A stretch of DNA of 64,000 bases from Octopus sinensis. Its lineage: Eukaryota. Shown piece after piece: positions 41,644-54,729 of the stretch (position 1 is the first letter of the stretch; each line of letters begins with the position of its first letter). The notes under the pieces are model-generated. The model was not told where the DNA came from. It searched no databases and saw only the letters and a list, made by a program, of their open reading frames with translations. A program made the translations under genes and the position numbers. The stretch covers positions 32,922,001 through 32,986,000 of the forward strand of contig NC_043006.1 in assembly GCF_006345805.1 (NCBI RefSeq). The letters run 5' to 3'.

Positions 41644-42765
41644 TAATATGAAATTCATGAACAAAAGAGTATTGAGAAATGTATTAACTTCAATTTTAAA
41701 ACGAAGCAAACTCTAAGGTAGGGAATGTAAGGTTAGCCTGTTTCTCGACGATGAGGCCACGTTGACTTCAATATCGTGTGTGCTTCACATGAATGCTTTT
41801 AGTGTTTTTTAATGGTATTGCGTCTTTTGTTCTGTTTATTGTTTTGTTTTTTATCTAAAGTAGCAATATAGTGATTCACCTGAGATGAAATGGCATCTTG
41901 CGTAATTAGCAATATTTACAATTTGAAATTGTAAGTCTTTTAAAGGTATCTTAAGAATTTCATTTAGATATTGAATGAGGACAAAAACAGCGTAATTGAG
42001 GTTAATGTTTTATTTGATAAAGTTTTTCAAATGAGAAAGCTAACGGATGTTGAGCTTTAAATTCCAGATATTTTAAAGATGTTGTGTCGTTATCAACTTC
42101 TTATTTTAATTACATAATACAAAAGACTCCTTATTAAGTTTAATTATAGCAAAAAGTGTGATTACTGCCATAGTGAATGCGTGTTTTGAGGAAAACGTTT
42201 TCGGTCGAAAAGGTTGTGTCTTTATGTAAAAGGAATTTTTCTATGAAGCTTTCACACCATGAAGACTTCTTAATCATTAATAAAGAAAGCATTCAATTAA
42301 AGCTAATGAAACTGCTACCTATAAAAACAACTGAAAACTAAAATGTTGTCTTGTATATTTATTTTTAATACAATCCGGTATATTTGAAAATATTAGAAGT
42401 AGATGTTCAAGTCAAAGTTTTGATCGTCGTTGTTGACTGTGCATAGGACGATTTATTATCGGTTAGCTGATATTAACACGCATCAACAAAGAATCTATTT
42501 GCTGAATTTATAAACAAGAGCTTCGACTCAATTTTCATTAATTCTGTGTCACTTCTGGTTGAGGAGGCACAGAAATGTCAAAACGTCGGCTGTGCTAGAG
42601 TCCCGTGCGTTAATAAATCTCGTATATGCTGTAAACACATTTCGACATGAAATGTACGTTTTGAATAGTAATCTAACTTACATATTTAGTAAAACAACAA
42701 CAAAAACAACAAATAACATAGCAAATTAGATGAAATCAATATTGTATTATATATGATAAAAATTG

Positions 42766-43093
42766 TGGAGGCGCAATGACCCAGTGATTAGGGCAGCAGA
42801 CCCGCGGTCGTAGGATCGCGGTTTCGATTCCCAGACCGGGCGTTGTGAGTGTTTATTGAGCGAAAACACCTAAAGCTCCACGGGGCTCCGGCAGGGGATG
42901 GTGGTGATCCCTGCTGTACTCTTTCACCAGAACTTTCTCTCACTCTTTCTTCCTGTTTCTGTTGTACCTGTATTTCAAAGGGTACACGTGTCTGTGGAGT
43001 GCTCAGCCACTTACACGTTAATTTCACGAGCAGGCTGTTCCGTTGGTCGGATCAACCAGAACCCTCATCGTCGTAACCGACGGAGTGCTTCCA
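42766..43093 (+). mobile_element. SINE family C (tRNA-derived head)
   Basis: GGAGGCGCAATGACCCAGTGATTAGGG (A-box-like) and GGTTTCGATTCCC (B-box-like); head shared with 55536; flanked by ATGATAAAAATTGT direct repeats. Confidence 0.85.
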
Positions 43094-43224
43094 TGATAAA
43101 AATTGTTGCAAAGAATAGCGGTAGGCACAGAAACTGTTATCTGAAATGAGATGCGCTTATGTGTGTATGTATGTATAAGAAAAATATCATTAAAATACAA
43201 TTATATAACAAATATGATCATAGT

Positions 43225-43375
43225 GCTTGTGTGGTAAGAAGCTTGCTTCCCAGCCACAAGGTTTCAGGTTCAGTCCTACTGTGTGGCACCTTGGGCAAGT
43301 GCACTCTACTATAGCCTCGGGCCGACCCAAGCCTTGTGAGTGGATTGGGTAGACGGAAACTGAAAGGAGCCCGTC

Positions 43376-43415
<40 letters not shown>

Positions 43416-43813
43416 GCTGTGCGGTAAGAAGCTTACTTACCAACCACATGGTTCCGGATTCAGTCTTACTGCGTGGTACCTCGGGTAAGGGTCTTCTACT
43501 ATAGCCTTGAGCCAACCAAAGCCTTGTAAGTGAATTTGGTAGGCGGAAACTGAAAGAAGCCCGTCGTATGTATGTGTGTGCGTGGGCTTGTTATCTGTGC
43601 CTGTGCTTGTCCCATCGCCCCATCCACCAACCATCGCTTGATAACCGATGTTGGTGTATTAGCGTCCCAGTCAGCTAGCAGTTCGGCAAAAGAGACTGAT
43701 AAAATAAGTACTAGGCTTACAAAAATAAGTGCTGAGGTCGATGTGTTCAACTTAAAGGTGGTGCTCTAGCATGGCCGCAGTCAAATGACTGAAACAAGTA
43801 AAGGAATAAAGGA
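43225..43813 (+). mobile_element. SINE family B with two diverged heads
   Basis: Head at 43225-43377, (TA)n, second head 43415-43567, then the body. Confidence 0.85.
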
Positions 43814-44747
43814 ATTTATTGACGATATATTTTTCTGTTTGCATTAAATTGTATGCAAAACCTGTTTTTCATATAAAAAACAAATGGGTCTCCAAAGGAA
43901 TTTCCTTAATAACATTTATAAAGCAGATTGAACTTCCATGAAAGCGAAAAGGGCGGAAATATTACTGAAAAAATAAGAAAACCATAAAATGTTATATAGC
44001 TTCAATAATATTTCGAAAGCGTAAATAGGTATCAATTTTACTTCAAGGAAAATTGATTACATTGATTTAGAATAAAAGTGTATTGAAATCGTTTTTTAAA
44101 AAATAGAAAGATTTACTCGCAAATTTATTTAAAATATACTGCAGAGCGATCATGCCTGGATTGATAGAAAAATATGTTGCTTATTTAACGGAATGGATTC
44201 TGAAAGATATTATGGACATTTCTTATCATTAAAGTCTGATAGGAACGAAAAATACTCTGATTTATTTGCTTTCGTGCAAAATCATGGATAATATATCTAT
44301 TTAATTATAATATTGGTGCAGCTGAAGAATTTCAATTAGAATTAATTGCATTATTAAGCAATAACTACAACAATATAGACGATAATGAAGGAAAGATAGA
44401 ATTTTCGCAATTAAATAAAACAGCATCAAAGTTTATATTGAAAATTATTATTTTTCAAGATCATATATGGAGCAAACTGGTTTTTATTTAGCGAATATTA
44501 TTCTAAATAGACAAATAGATAGGATGTATGAGATCAAAGCGTGATATAAGAATTTAGCTGAGCGAAATATCCCAGAACACAGCACATTGCAAAGACAAAC
44601 TATAATCTCAAGTAAGTTTAGTTCAGAGGTAATTTGAAACTAGAATATGCAAAATATTTTGAAGAGGCAGAGCCATGATTGAAAGAAAGATTGAGAAATC
44701 TGTTCTAAAGAATAAACAACTTGGAAATTTCCTTCCCATCAAAAAGA

Positions 44748-44817
<70 letters not shown>

Positions 44818-44996
44818 GCAAATGTCGAACAATGAAAGTGAGTGCTCAACACCGTATAGTATATATATATATATATATTAAAAGGTTTGAAGATTGTTGA
44901 TGTTGAACTTAAAAATGGTCTATGACTATTTAATTTTTTCCCACTAGGCCGCTGGTGGCCAAAAATTCTACAAAATTTTTTGCCACCCTATATTGA

Positions 44997-45060
<64 letters not shown>

Positions 45061-45061
<1 letters not shown>

Positions 45062-45283
45062 ATGTGTGTGTATATGTTTGTGTGTCTGTATTTGCCCCCC
45101 AACATCGCTTGACAACCGATGCTGGCGTGTTTACGTCCCCGTAATTTATCGGATCGGCAAAAAGACCGGTAGAATAAGTACTAGGCTTACAAAGAATAAG
45201 TCCTAGGGTCGATTTCTTCTACTAAAGGCAGTGCTCCAGCATAGCGGCAGTCAAATGACTGAAACAAGTAAAAGAATAAAAGA
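45061..45283 (+). mobile_element. SINE family B 3' half
   Basis: GCTTGACAACCGATGCTGG...CAGTCAAATGACTGAAACAAGTAAAAGA. Confidence 0.85.
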
Positions 45284-45994
45284 GTATACACAGCAATAAG
45301 AAAATGGAATCAACTTTTAGACATTATATTATGTGTATTTATTTATTTTTTTTACATATGTAGGTATGTTTGTATATATGTATGTATACACACACACACA
45401 CACACATTCATACATACATACATATGTGTGCGTGCCCGTGTTTGTATGCGTATGTATGTATATATGTATGAGTGTATGTACGTATTCGTTTAAAGGAGCT
45501 GGAAGAACTACTAAAATCGTTCCAATTAAAATATTAGCTTCACAAAGTCAGTGTTACGATCATTGGAAAGCTTTACCCACTCCCCACCCCTGCCGACTAA
45601 TGAGCTGACAGTTAACTCGCTAAACAACACAGACAGATGGGTAATTACTATGAACAACCTTTGACAATAACACCTGAACGTATTAGTTAGCTTCCGAAAT
45701 TTGTCTCTTTAGTAATTTAAAATCACAAAATTCTATCAGGAATGAATTATTGGCTAAAATCTTCGTTGCAACATAAAATATTAGACACCAAAAAGAAGAA
45801 CGAAGTGACAGCTCGACTTGTTATGACTTGAATCATTTAAATATAAAGACACTGTGAGGACAATGCATAGGAACTGTCACAGCATCTTTCTGAAATTTGT
45901 TTCTTCAAACTATTCTCTCTCATTTGAGTTTTAAAATTTTGTTCAGTCACACACAATTAACCTCTCTCCATACTGATTATGAATATATATGTGT

Positions 45995-46072
<78 letters not shown>

Positions 46073-46198
46073 TGTGTGTTTATATGCATGTATATATTGC
46101 ATTGGTTTATACCATTTATTCTTTTGAATAATATCAGTGAAATCTTCGAAACATGTGTCGAAAGTAAAAGTATTTGATTTATACCTGCGTTAAACTCC

Positions 46199-46281
<83 letters not shown>

Positions 46282-46700
46282 AGGGAGAGAGAATGAAGGA
46301 TTTCCTTAGAAGTTAATGGCGACAAAAAAAGAACATTTTTGCAAAGCAGAATGGCACAAAACATTCGGAAAGAGGTTTTCCTGTGGTGTGCAAACGCTTT
46401 CGTTGATCCAGAATAGTAGAAACGGTGAGATGAATAAATGCTTACACGCACATTTGTATGTATGTGTGTATTTATGTACACGTGTGTGTATGTGTGAGCA
46501 TACATATACATACACAACCATGTGTGCACTTATACATATATATTTATATCGTCGCTATTGTTTTAAACTGTTGAAGGTCCAAATATGTGCAAATGCGTTT
46601 TCTTTTTTTTCAATATTTATTTTTGCGTACAAAACTATCGTACCTCCTGCTGCTTCAGATGCCAAGATATCAAAAAAGTAGGTTGGGGTTAGGGTTAGGG

Positions 46701-47190
46701 TTTCCACAGTTTGGCCGTCCACATATTTTAATCGTTGTCTTTGTAGTTGTTGTGTAAAGCTTTGCATTTGTTTGATGTATTTTTAGCTATTTAGGTTGCT
46801 TTTTGCATTTGGTGAACTTTGAGAATGTTATTCATTTTTGGATCTCTAGAGAGCATAGGTAGATTTTGTACAATAGTGTTGTATGCCTCATTGTTTCTCG
46901 GGTTGTGAATTGATATATACAGTAGTGTTTTGAGATGAGGTGTGACGTTACGGTTTGTTACCCTTAGTGTTTTAATGTCTTATTTCTAGAACGTTTAATT
47001 CCATCGTCTATAAGTGAGGGTGGATATTATCTTTCAGCTAGTGTTGTTCTGAGGTGTTGAAGACGAATGTCCCAAGTATTTCTATCAGACAATATTGTAC
47101 AAATCCTTTTTCCTAAATTAAAGGGGACATTTATTTTGACGTGTTTCGGGTGGCATGTGCTAAACAGGAGGTATTGCTAGGAGTCTTGGT
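46701..47190 (-). mobile_element. Penelope-like (Neptune-type) fragment: RT thumb to Zn-finger
   Basis: Minus strand QYLLFSTCHPKHVKINVPFNLGKRICTI...HNPRNNEAYNTIVQNLP...KICGRPNCGT, homologous to the 9.0-9.5 kb region. Confidence 0.85.
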
Positions 47191-47646
47191 ATTATCTATG
47201 CTAGAAAACGATACGTTCTTCAAAAAAATTGTAAACTATAAACAACAAAAAACAATGAAAAATCTTGCATTCTTAATAATTCTACATGGAAAAGACTTGA
47301 AGCAGATCTTAGCGTTTGTGAAATTGCTTATCGTGTGTGGTTCACTCTAACAGCTGACCGTGTTGCTTGGTGACGTAACATCAGCGATGTTGTTTCCTCC
47401 TTTGAGATCTCTCGCAAAGCGTCTCTTGAAGACAATTGACAGAGGCGAAAAAGTAATGCAGCTCCATCATCAGACCATGCGCAACTATACTTCTGTCTTC
47501 ATTGCAGTCGGATATGTTGATCCAAGATCTGCCTTATCAGCCACGAACGAGCGAGCAGACGACGAGGACAACAGTCTTCATAATATTCGTCAGCCAAGCC
47601 AAGCTAAGAGGAAGATATTTATCTACATATATACATCTATCTATCG

Positions 47647-47694
<48 letters not shown>

Positions 47695-47703
47695 GTCTAT
47701 CTG

Positions 47704-47750
<47 letters not shown>

Positions 47751-47755
47751 GTCTA

Positions 47756-48300
47756 GGATGCCCTCTGGCACGATCGAGTCTTTAAGGATCCTCGGGAGGT
47801 CGGCAATACATAACATGCACCGTTTCGTCCCCTTTATGTAGAGGACTCTGAATGAGGCAGATGATTGGAAACACGCTGTTTGAGAGAGTTCCCAGTGCCC
47901 TCCTGAGCGCACGAGGATCATTAAAGACTCGCCTGTGCCAGGGGGAATCCGGAGCTCCAGGACAGAGATTTTGGGACCATATCTGCATTTTAGAAAATTC
48001 CTGCTGGCCTTTTGCAATCTGCATGGGGCACCACAACCGGAAACCAATAGCCTAGGCTGAAGGAGTACAATCATTTACCTTCGTGGTGCTTTAGTGACCG
48101 CAGGATGGCAACGCGGCCGAAGATCGATGAACAATTGCAAAGGAAGATAATCACCTAGTGTTTTACCCTTAGAAACGAGGCTTCCCCCCCTCCATATTTT
48201 AAAGAGGTCTCAGGTCAGCAGTGTTTGGGCTCTGAAGATACTCCGTAAGGCTAAACCCCTTATGAGCGAGAAACCCAGGATAACTCCATAAATCGGCCTA
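47756..48300. other. GC-richer structured repeat beginning with a hairpin (arms 47756-47794 and 47912-47950); possibly a LINE 5' UTR
   Basis: GGATGCCCTCTGGCACGATCGAGTCTTTAAGGATCCTCG pairs with CGAGGATCATTAAAGACTCGCCTGTGCCAGGGGGAATCC; follows (CTAT)n. Confidence 0.5.
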
Positions 48301-48381
48301 CCCCACTATAATACATATATACATACATACATACATATATATATGTATATAAGTGTGTGTGTGTATATATGTATATGTATG

Positions 48382-48413
<32 letters not shown>

Positions 48414-48784
48414 TGTATGTATGTATGTATGTATGTATACATAAGCTTCATCAGGAGGGCTTAATTGCATATGAGTATCTAGAAATAATATACTTTTGTT
48501 TAACGAATATGTAATTTTGTCTTGCTACGGAAATATATCAGCAGCTAAGAGTACAAATCTTCCATGCCTTGTATTTCTGGATAAGCATCAGAGATCGCTT
48601 CCTCCACCTCTCAACAAGCAAATGCGGAAGAAATAGATCTTCTCATGTAAATGGTAAACAAACTATTACAAGTGTAAAGCAATTTACTTAATGATATATG
48701 GTTGACAGCTGGAATTTAGTAACTGACACTCAATCATATCCATACATGTAGTACATACACATACACACACACACACCCAAACAC

Positions 48785-48823
<39 letters not shown>

Positions 48824-49395
48824 GTGTATTGGAAGAAAAATGAAAAAAAAAGAAAAAGCATGGAAGGAAAAAAGGTACAGTCAATTTGCAAGAGATGTGA
48901 ATTCCAAGACAGATACAGAGGACCGGTTGTCCCCTATATATTTTTTGTAGTATTTTGCTCAAGAAACAATCGCACCACCGGCTCCGAGAATCGGAAATGC
49001 TATCATGCGATCATGAGTGTATCATCATTCGTTAAAGGGTCTAATCGAAATCCCCTGAAACCACTGAGCCCCAACAGGTTCATGTCAGGCTTCATTATAG
49101 AAAGAGAAATGAAGTTCCTCAGAGATAATTAATTTAGTGAACCATTGTAATGGACAGTGTTGAAGTTAGAGAAGTTTAGCATCATTGTGAAAGCATTTCT
49201 GGATTTGTGCAAGTAAAACCTCTCGAAATACTTAGAATCATAGGGAGAATGAGGTCCTTGTTTTAATTATATTTACAGGTTGAATAAATGATATTTCTGT
49301 GTGTGGATGTGTACATGAGTGTGCTTATGAATATATACATACATACACACACACTTAAATACGTACGTATGCATGTATGTAGGTAGGTTTGTATG

Positions 49396-49451
<56 letters not shown>

Positions 49452-49454
<3 letters not shown>

Positions 49455-49522
49455 ATATTAATTAGAGACAAAACTACTATTTTGCAAAACAAACAAGGTT
49501 TTGTCTCTAATTAATATTATAT
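49452..49522. repeat. Short foldback next to (TA)n
   Basis: ATAATATTAATTAGAGACAAAAC / GTTTTGTCTCTAATTAATATTAT. Confidence 0.85.
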
Positions 49523-49596
49523 AATATTTTACTATAAAATTGGATTTAATCCTAAATCTGATTTTTCCCTGTAAATTTGGATTATTCCCTAATATT

Positions 49597-49661
<65 letters not shown>

Positions 49662-49664
<3 letters not shown>

Positions 49665-50119
49665 TGGTCGATTAGCCTTGATCGTTCTGTCAGTGTTGAC
49701 TGGAAAATCCCAGAGGATGGTGACATTTTTACCTTCAACAACTGGCTGAGGATGATGTTCATACCAGTTAGCAGGAGTGCCGAATTTGTAGTGTTTACAT
49801 ATCTTCCAATGTATATAGTGTCCTACCCTATCGTGGCGATTTTTGTATTCGTTTGGTGTCAGCACAGGACATCCCGAAACGAGATGGTCTATTGTTTCGT
49901 CAAATGTGTCGCAGAATCTGCATTTAGGGTCAGTACCGTTTCGGAGAACACTAGCCTGGTAATTTCTGGTAAACAAGCTTTGATCTTGTGCTGCGAGTAT
50001 GAAGCCTTCAGTCTCTGCTTTCAATCCTGAACTCTTCAGACACTGATGGGTTGTTGCTTGGTCTACATCAGCATTTTGGCTTCGGAGAATATATTATCCA
50101 TGCAGGGGCTTCTGGCTCC
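49662..50119 (-). mobile_element. R4/Dong-like non-LTR retrotransposon fragment (CCHC knuckle + start of the restriction-like endonuclease)
   Basis: LKAETEGFILAAQDQ...CRFC...ETIDHLVSGC...RHD...LWDF...NRPDI; upstream end abuts (TAA)n, downstream end runs into (TA)n. Confidence 0.88.
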
Positions 50120-50138
50120 TATTATTATTATTATTATT

Positions 50139-50230
50139 GAGTGAGAGAGCAGTTCATGCCATCAAAGTGACACTGGGGTAAAATATACGAAGCCCAATAT
50201 ACCCATCATGACTACCCGTCGATAAAGGTA

Positions 50231-50320
<90 letters not shown>

Positions 50321-50340
50321 CGTTATTATTATTATTATTA

Positions 50341-50384
<44 letters not shown>

Positions 50385-50613
50385 GAGTGAGCGAGCAGAG
50401 CATGCCATCAAAGTGACACTGGGGTAAAATATACGAAGCCCAACATACCTATCATGACTACCCGTCTGATAAGGGTACACCAGGCACATGCATCACAACC
50501 ATATGTGCGCGACATGGTGATCTCATATCAAGATAAACAGCACATGACCTTGCAGGTGGAGCCCAGTTAGAATTTTCTTCAGATCGAGTAACACATCCCG
50601 CTCAAAAGGTCCC

Positions 50614-50652
<39 letters not shown>

Positions 50653-51780
50653 GAGTGAGAGAGCAGTTCATGCCATCAAAGTGACACTGGGGTAAAATAT
50701 ACGAAGCCCAATATACCCATCATGACTACCCGTCTGATAAAGATACACCAGGCACATGCATCACAACCATATGTGCGCGACATGGTGATCTCATATCAAG
50801 ATAAACAGCACATGACCTTGCAGGTGGGGCCCAGTTAGAATTTTCTTCAGGTCGAGTAGCCCATCCCGCTCAAACGGTCCCTGAATAAGGGTTGTTTAAG
50901 GATGTTGAAAGAACCACCCATGTTTCCAGAGGTTGAACTATTCAAACCCCAAAGAATCCTCTCAACACATGGCTATGATGCTCCCCCACTACTTCTGCTC
51001 GTGATCAGAGATGCACATATCGTCAGCCACTAAGGACATGCTCAACTGGTTAAGGTCAAACAACTGACAAGCAAATCTGTGGTATTGAGCAGAATATTTG
51101 CTGTAGCCCATCTTTTATACCAAGACAAAACACTGTACATGATAACACTTCCAATCAGTTAAGATCAGAAGCCATGAGAGCCACTGCCTGGTACTGCATC
51201 AGGGCAAAATTATTATTATTATCATTGAGTGAGAGAGCAGTTCATGCCATCAAAGTGAAACTGGGGTAAAATATACGAAGCCCAATATACCCATCATGAC
51301 TACCCGTCTGATAAAGGTACACCAGGCACATGCATCACAACCATATGTGCGCGACATGGTGATCTCATATCAAGATAAACAGCACATGACCTTGCAGGTG
51401 GGGCCCAGTTAGAATTTTCTTCAGGTCGAGTAGCCCATCCGCTCAAACGGTCCCTGAATAAGGGTTGTTTAAGGATGTTGAAAGAACCACCCATGTTTCC
51501 AGAGGTGAACTATTCAAACCCCAAAGAATCCCTCTCAACACATGGCTATGATGCTCCCCCACTACTTCTGCTCGTGATCAGAGATGCACATATCGTCAGC
51601 CACTAAGGGACATGCTCAACTGGTTAAGGTCAAACAACTGACAAGCAAATCTGTGGTATTGAGCAGAATATTTGCTGTAGCCCATCTTTTATACCAAGAC
51701 AAAACACTGTACATGATAACACTTCCAATCAGTTAAGATCAGAAGCCATGAGAGCCACTGCCTGGTACTGCATCAGGGCA
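50139..51780 (-). mobile_element. Tandem stack of four (TAA)n-associated retroposon copies (50139-50232, 50385-50614, 50653-51206, 51227-51780)
   Basis: All share the GAGTGAG end and are separated by (ATT)n; two are full length (to CATCAGGGCA) and two are truncated at the other end. Confidence 0.92.
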
Positions 51781-51782
51781 AA

Positions 51783-51877
<95 letters not shown>

Positions 51878-51925
51878 TATCATCATCATTATCATCACCA
51901 TCATCATCATCATATCATCATCATC

Positions 51926-51975
<50 letters not shown>

Positions 51976-53182
51976 AATTATTATCATTATTATTATTATT
52001 ATTATTTGAAGAAAACTCTCAGCCTATTTTTCTGGGTATGATGGAAAATGTCTGCTGTCCACATCCAGCAAACTAAAGTGGCCTATTAACAGGTCATACT
52101 TCCAGAACCCCGCGAAGAACTCTTCCAGTTCAAAGTAATGCTGATTTTTGTACAGGGAGGTAGAATTTATCTTCTCCATAAAAGATGAAGTGTTAGTAAT
52201 AACTTTCCCTCGAGTCGTTGGTTGTTATTTTCGAGTATTTCATTTCAGTACTATCTGGTGAGGTAAGGCAGGATTCCCTCTTCGGCTCTGTGGTTCGGTT
52301 TTGACAACTGCACGAGAGTTTCTGGGGCTGATTTTGTGTATATAAAAAGTTTTCGATTGTAAAATGAAACGTGTACGTCCTTACAAATAGATATTCATAG
52401 ACAATCTTCTCATTCGTTTTCTACGAGGACAGCAAATTCCACTCCATTACACATTTCCCATTATGATGTCAGGCGGCTACCACTACCCCCTCTCTCTCTC
52501 TCCCTCTTTCTCTTTCTCTGACCCATTAGTTATGCTCATGATATAACAATGATTACATAGTATTCATCACTATTATAATACCACAATCGAATGCCAGAGT
52601 AAATTGTTTTTTTGTCCTCAAACAGCTTGCAGTATCCCCCAGTAACTTATCCCATGTGATTTCTAATTACAGTCACCAACAACCGTCGGTCGGAAAATAA
52701 TGTCAGATGAAATACTTGAGTACACACTGCTTGCGATCGAAAATTAATGAATGACAAATTGTATCATGTATATCTTAGTACTGCTTCTCCGACAAACAGC
52801 GCTTTATAGTGGCTCACATTAGAAACCTGTAACAATTTTTATAAAGTAAACTGTCTCGTTTGTTCTCAAACAAGTTTGGAGTGACAAAAAATAAAGAATC
52901 ATTTTTCATACCCATTGAGGCTAAGTTTTCGTTATTTCAGATATCTAATCGATTATACACAAACGCCTAGTAGGAACCGTATCAATCATCAACTGACCAT
53001 TTGTAAATATAAATTCTGCATAATTTCTTCTGCGATTTTCTTTTCAATTGAAAGCCTACACACACATACACACCCACACGCACACACGTAGATTTATGCG
53101 TTCGTGAATGTTTGGGCGTGTGTATTTGTATGTTAATGTGCGCACGTATATACAAGCATATACATATATAGTTACATGCGTG

Positions 53183-53213
<31 letters not shown>

Positions 53214-54388
53214 GTGTGTGTGTGTGTGTGGTGTGTGTGTGTGTGCGTGCGTGTGTTCGTATACATGCATATATTCACGTATATGTGTGTATATGTGTAA
53301 TATGGATGTTTATATGTGACATCACTTAAACGAGTGTTAAAGCTTGGGAAAATATCTGAAGTACATGAGATAGGTGGTTGAAAGTGTGGGTGTAGTACTT
53401 CGAATGGGAGTATGAGGTGATGATGGAAAGCGGTGACAGGATGGAAAAAAAGAACCGCCGTGTTGAGTGGGTATTATTGATGCAGAAAGGAAGATGTAGA
53501 GGATCAGAAATAAAGATAAAATAATTATCTTCCGGTTGGAATGAACAACGGAAAATGAAGTTTAATGGAGTCGCTTGTACATGGGGAGGGGAGGGAGGTG
53601 ACAGGGACAGAAAAGAGAGAGGGGAAGGGAGAAGGTCATGAAAGAAGAAAAATAGTAATGTGAGAGCAAATGACAGAAAGAGAGAATGAAATAAAATTAG
53701 GAATGCGAGAAGGAAGGACAGGATGGGAGAAAGAGAAAGAATGAAAGAAAGAATAACGGAAAGCTATTAGGCAAGAAGGAAATAGAAAGTGAAAGTGAAA
53801 GAATGAGACTTGATATAACTGAAAGAAGGAAAATAATAGTGAAAGACAGAAATATCGAACGAATGAATGAATGAATGAGAATGAATAAGGCAGGTTTGAA
53901 AACGAGATAGAGATGTAAAAGGGAAGAAAGGAAATGCCCACTGCCATTACCTTTGACATAAGATGATAGATAAGTTATTTAGGTGAACACAATATGTGAA
54001 TTGAAATAACCGCAAGTAATGGGGTACCTTCACAGCGAAGAAAGTTCGGGTTCTTTTCTTCGTATATTATCTTCTTTTGATACAATTTACTCTCATGAAG
54101 GTAGCGAAAATAAGGTGTAAATTACACTTTATTTATGACGCAACACAGAATGAAAAAAAATGAATGATTACAAAAGAGAAATACGTAGGTTGGGCTTTAT
54201 TCTGTTTCTTTCGTTTACTTATTTGATATCAGAACAATAACTTCGTTGGTTACGAGTTTGAAACGGGTTGGTTTTCTCGTGCTGCGCATGTTTGATGCAA
54301 TGCCATTGACGTGAGTGATAAGGGAGTGTCAGTAAATCGATGTAGAAATAATACCGTCAAGGACTTCGCTTGAAACGTTCTTCTCATC

Positions 54389-54464
<76 letters not shown>

Positions 54465-54467
<3 letters not shown>

Positions 54468-54720
54468 GAAGGCTGAAAAGGAACACACGAGGTGATATAT
54501 ATATTTATATGGAAAAAAGTCAAGGTAGAAAATGCTAAAAATAATTTATAGAAAAACATTTCAGTACCGATTTCGGTCATAGAGACTTTTTCAACTAAAT
54601 ATGGAAAAGAATTGAATTTTGGAAAAGTTAAATGAAAAGTTTTTAAAGAATATTTGCATAGTATTAAAATACAAGGGGCATTTTCCTTGTTTCTCCCTGT
54701 CTCTGTCTCTCATGTTTACT
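54465..54720 (-). mobile_element. Probable solo PLE tail (pLTR) relic
   Basis: AT-rich segment ending at a (TG)n/(TA)n tract, with a U3-A8 hammerhead motif about 100 nt from the end; the same layout as 9905-10255. Confidence 0.5.
54560..54599 (-). ncRNA. Minimal type I hammerhead with U3-A8 core, partly decayed
   Basis: Minus strand TTTAG-TTGAAAA-AGTC(TCTAT)GACC-GAAA-TCGG-TA-CTGAA. Confidence 0.6.
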
Positions 54721-54729
54721 CTTGTGGGT

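Noticed and set aside
42766-42840. tRNA-like A and B boxes
   Set aside because: SINE head continuing into a repeat body; no complete cloverleaf, so not called a tRNA gene.
46103-46170. Hammerhead-like TTGAATA...CGAAACATGTGTC
   Set aside because: Stem III and GUC are present, but the 3-8 pair is broken and stem II does not form; at most a decayed relic.
50139-51780. Repeat-spacer appearance suggesting a CRISPR-like array
   Set aside because: Eukaryotic context, no cas genes; the units are long retroposon copies separated by (ATT)n.
53560-53960. Purine-rich tract and a 107-aa F/S-rich minus ORF
   Set aside because: Low-complexity GA-rich sequence, not a credible membrane protein.
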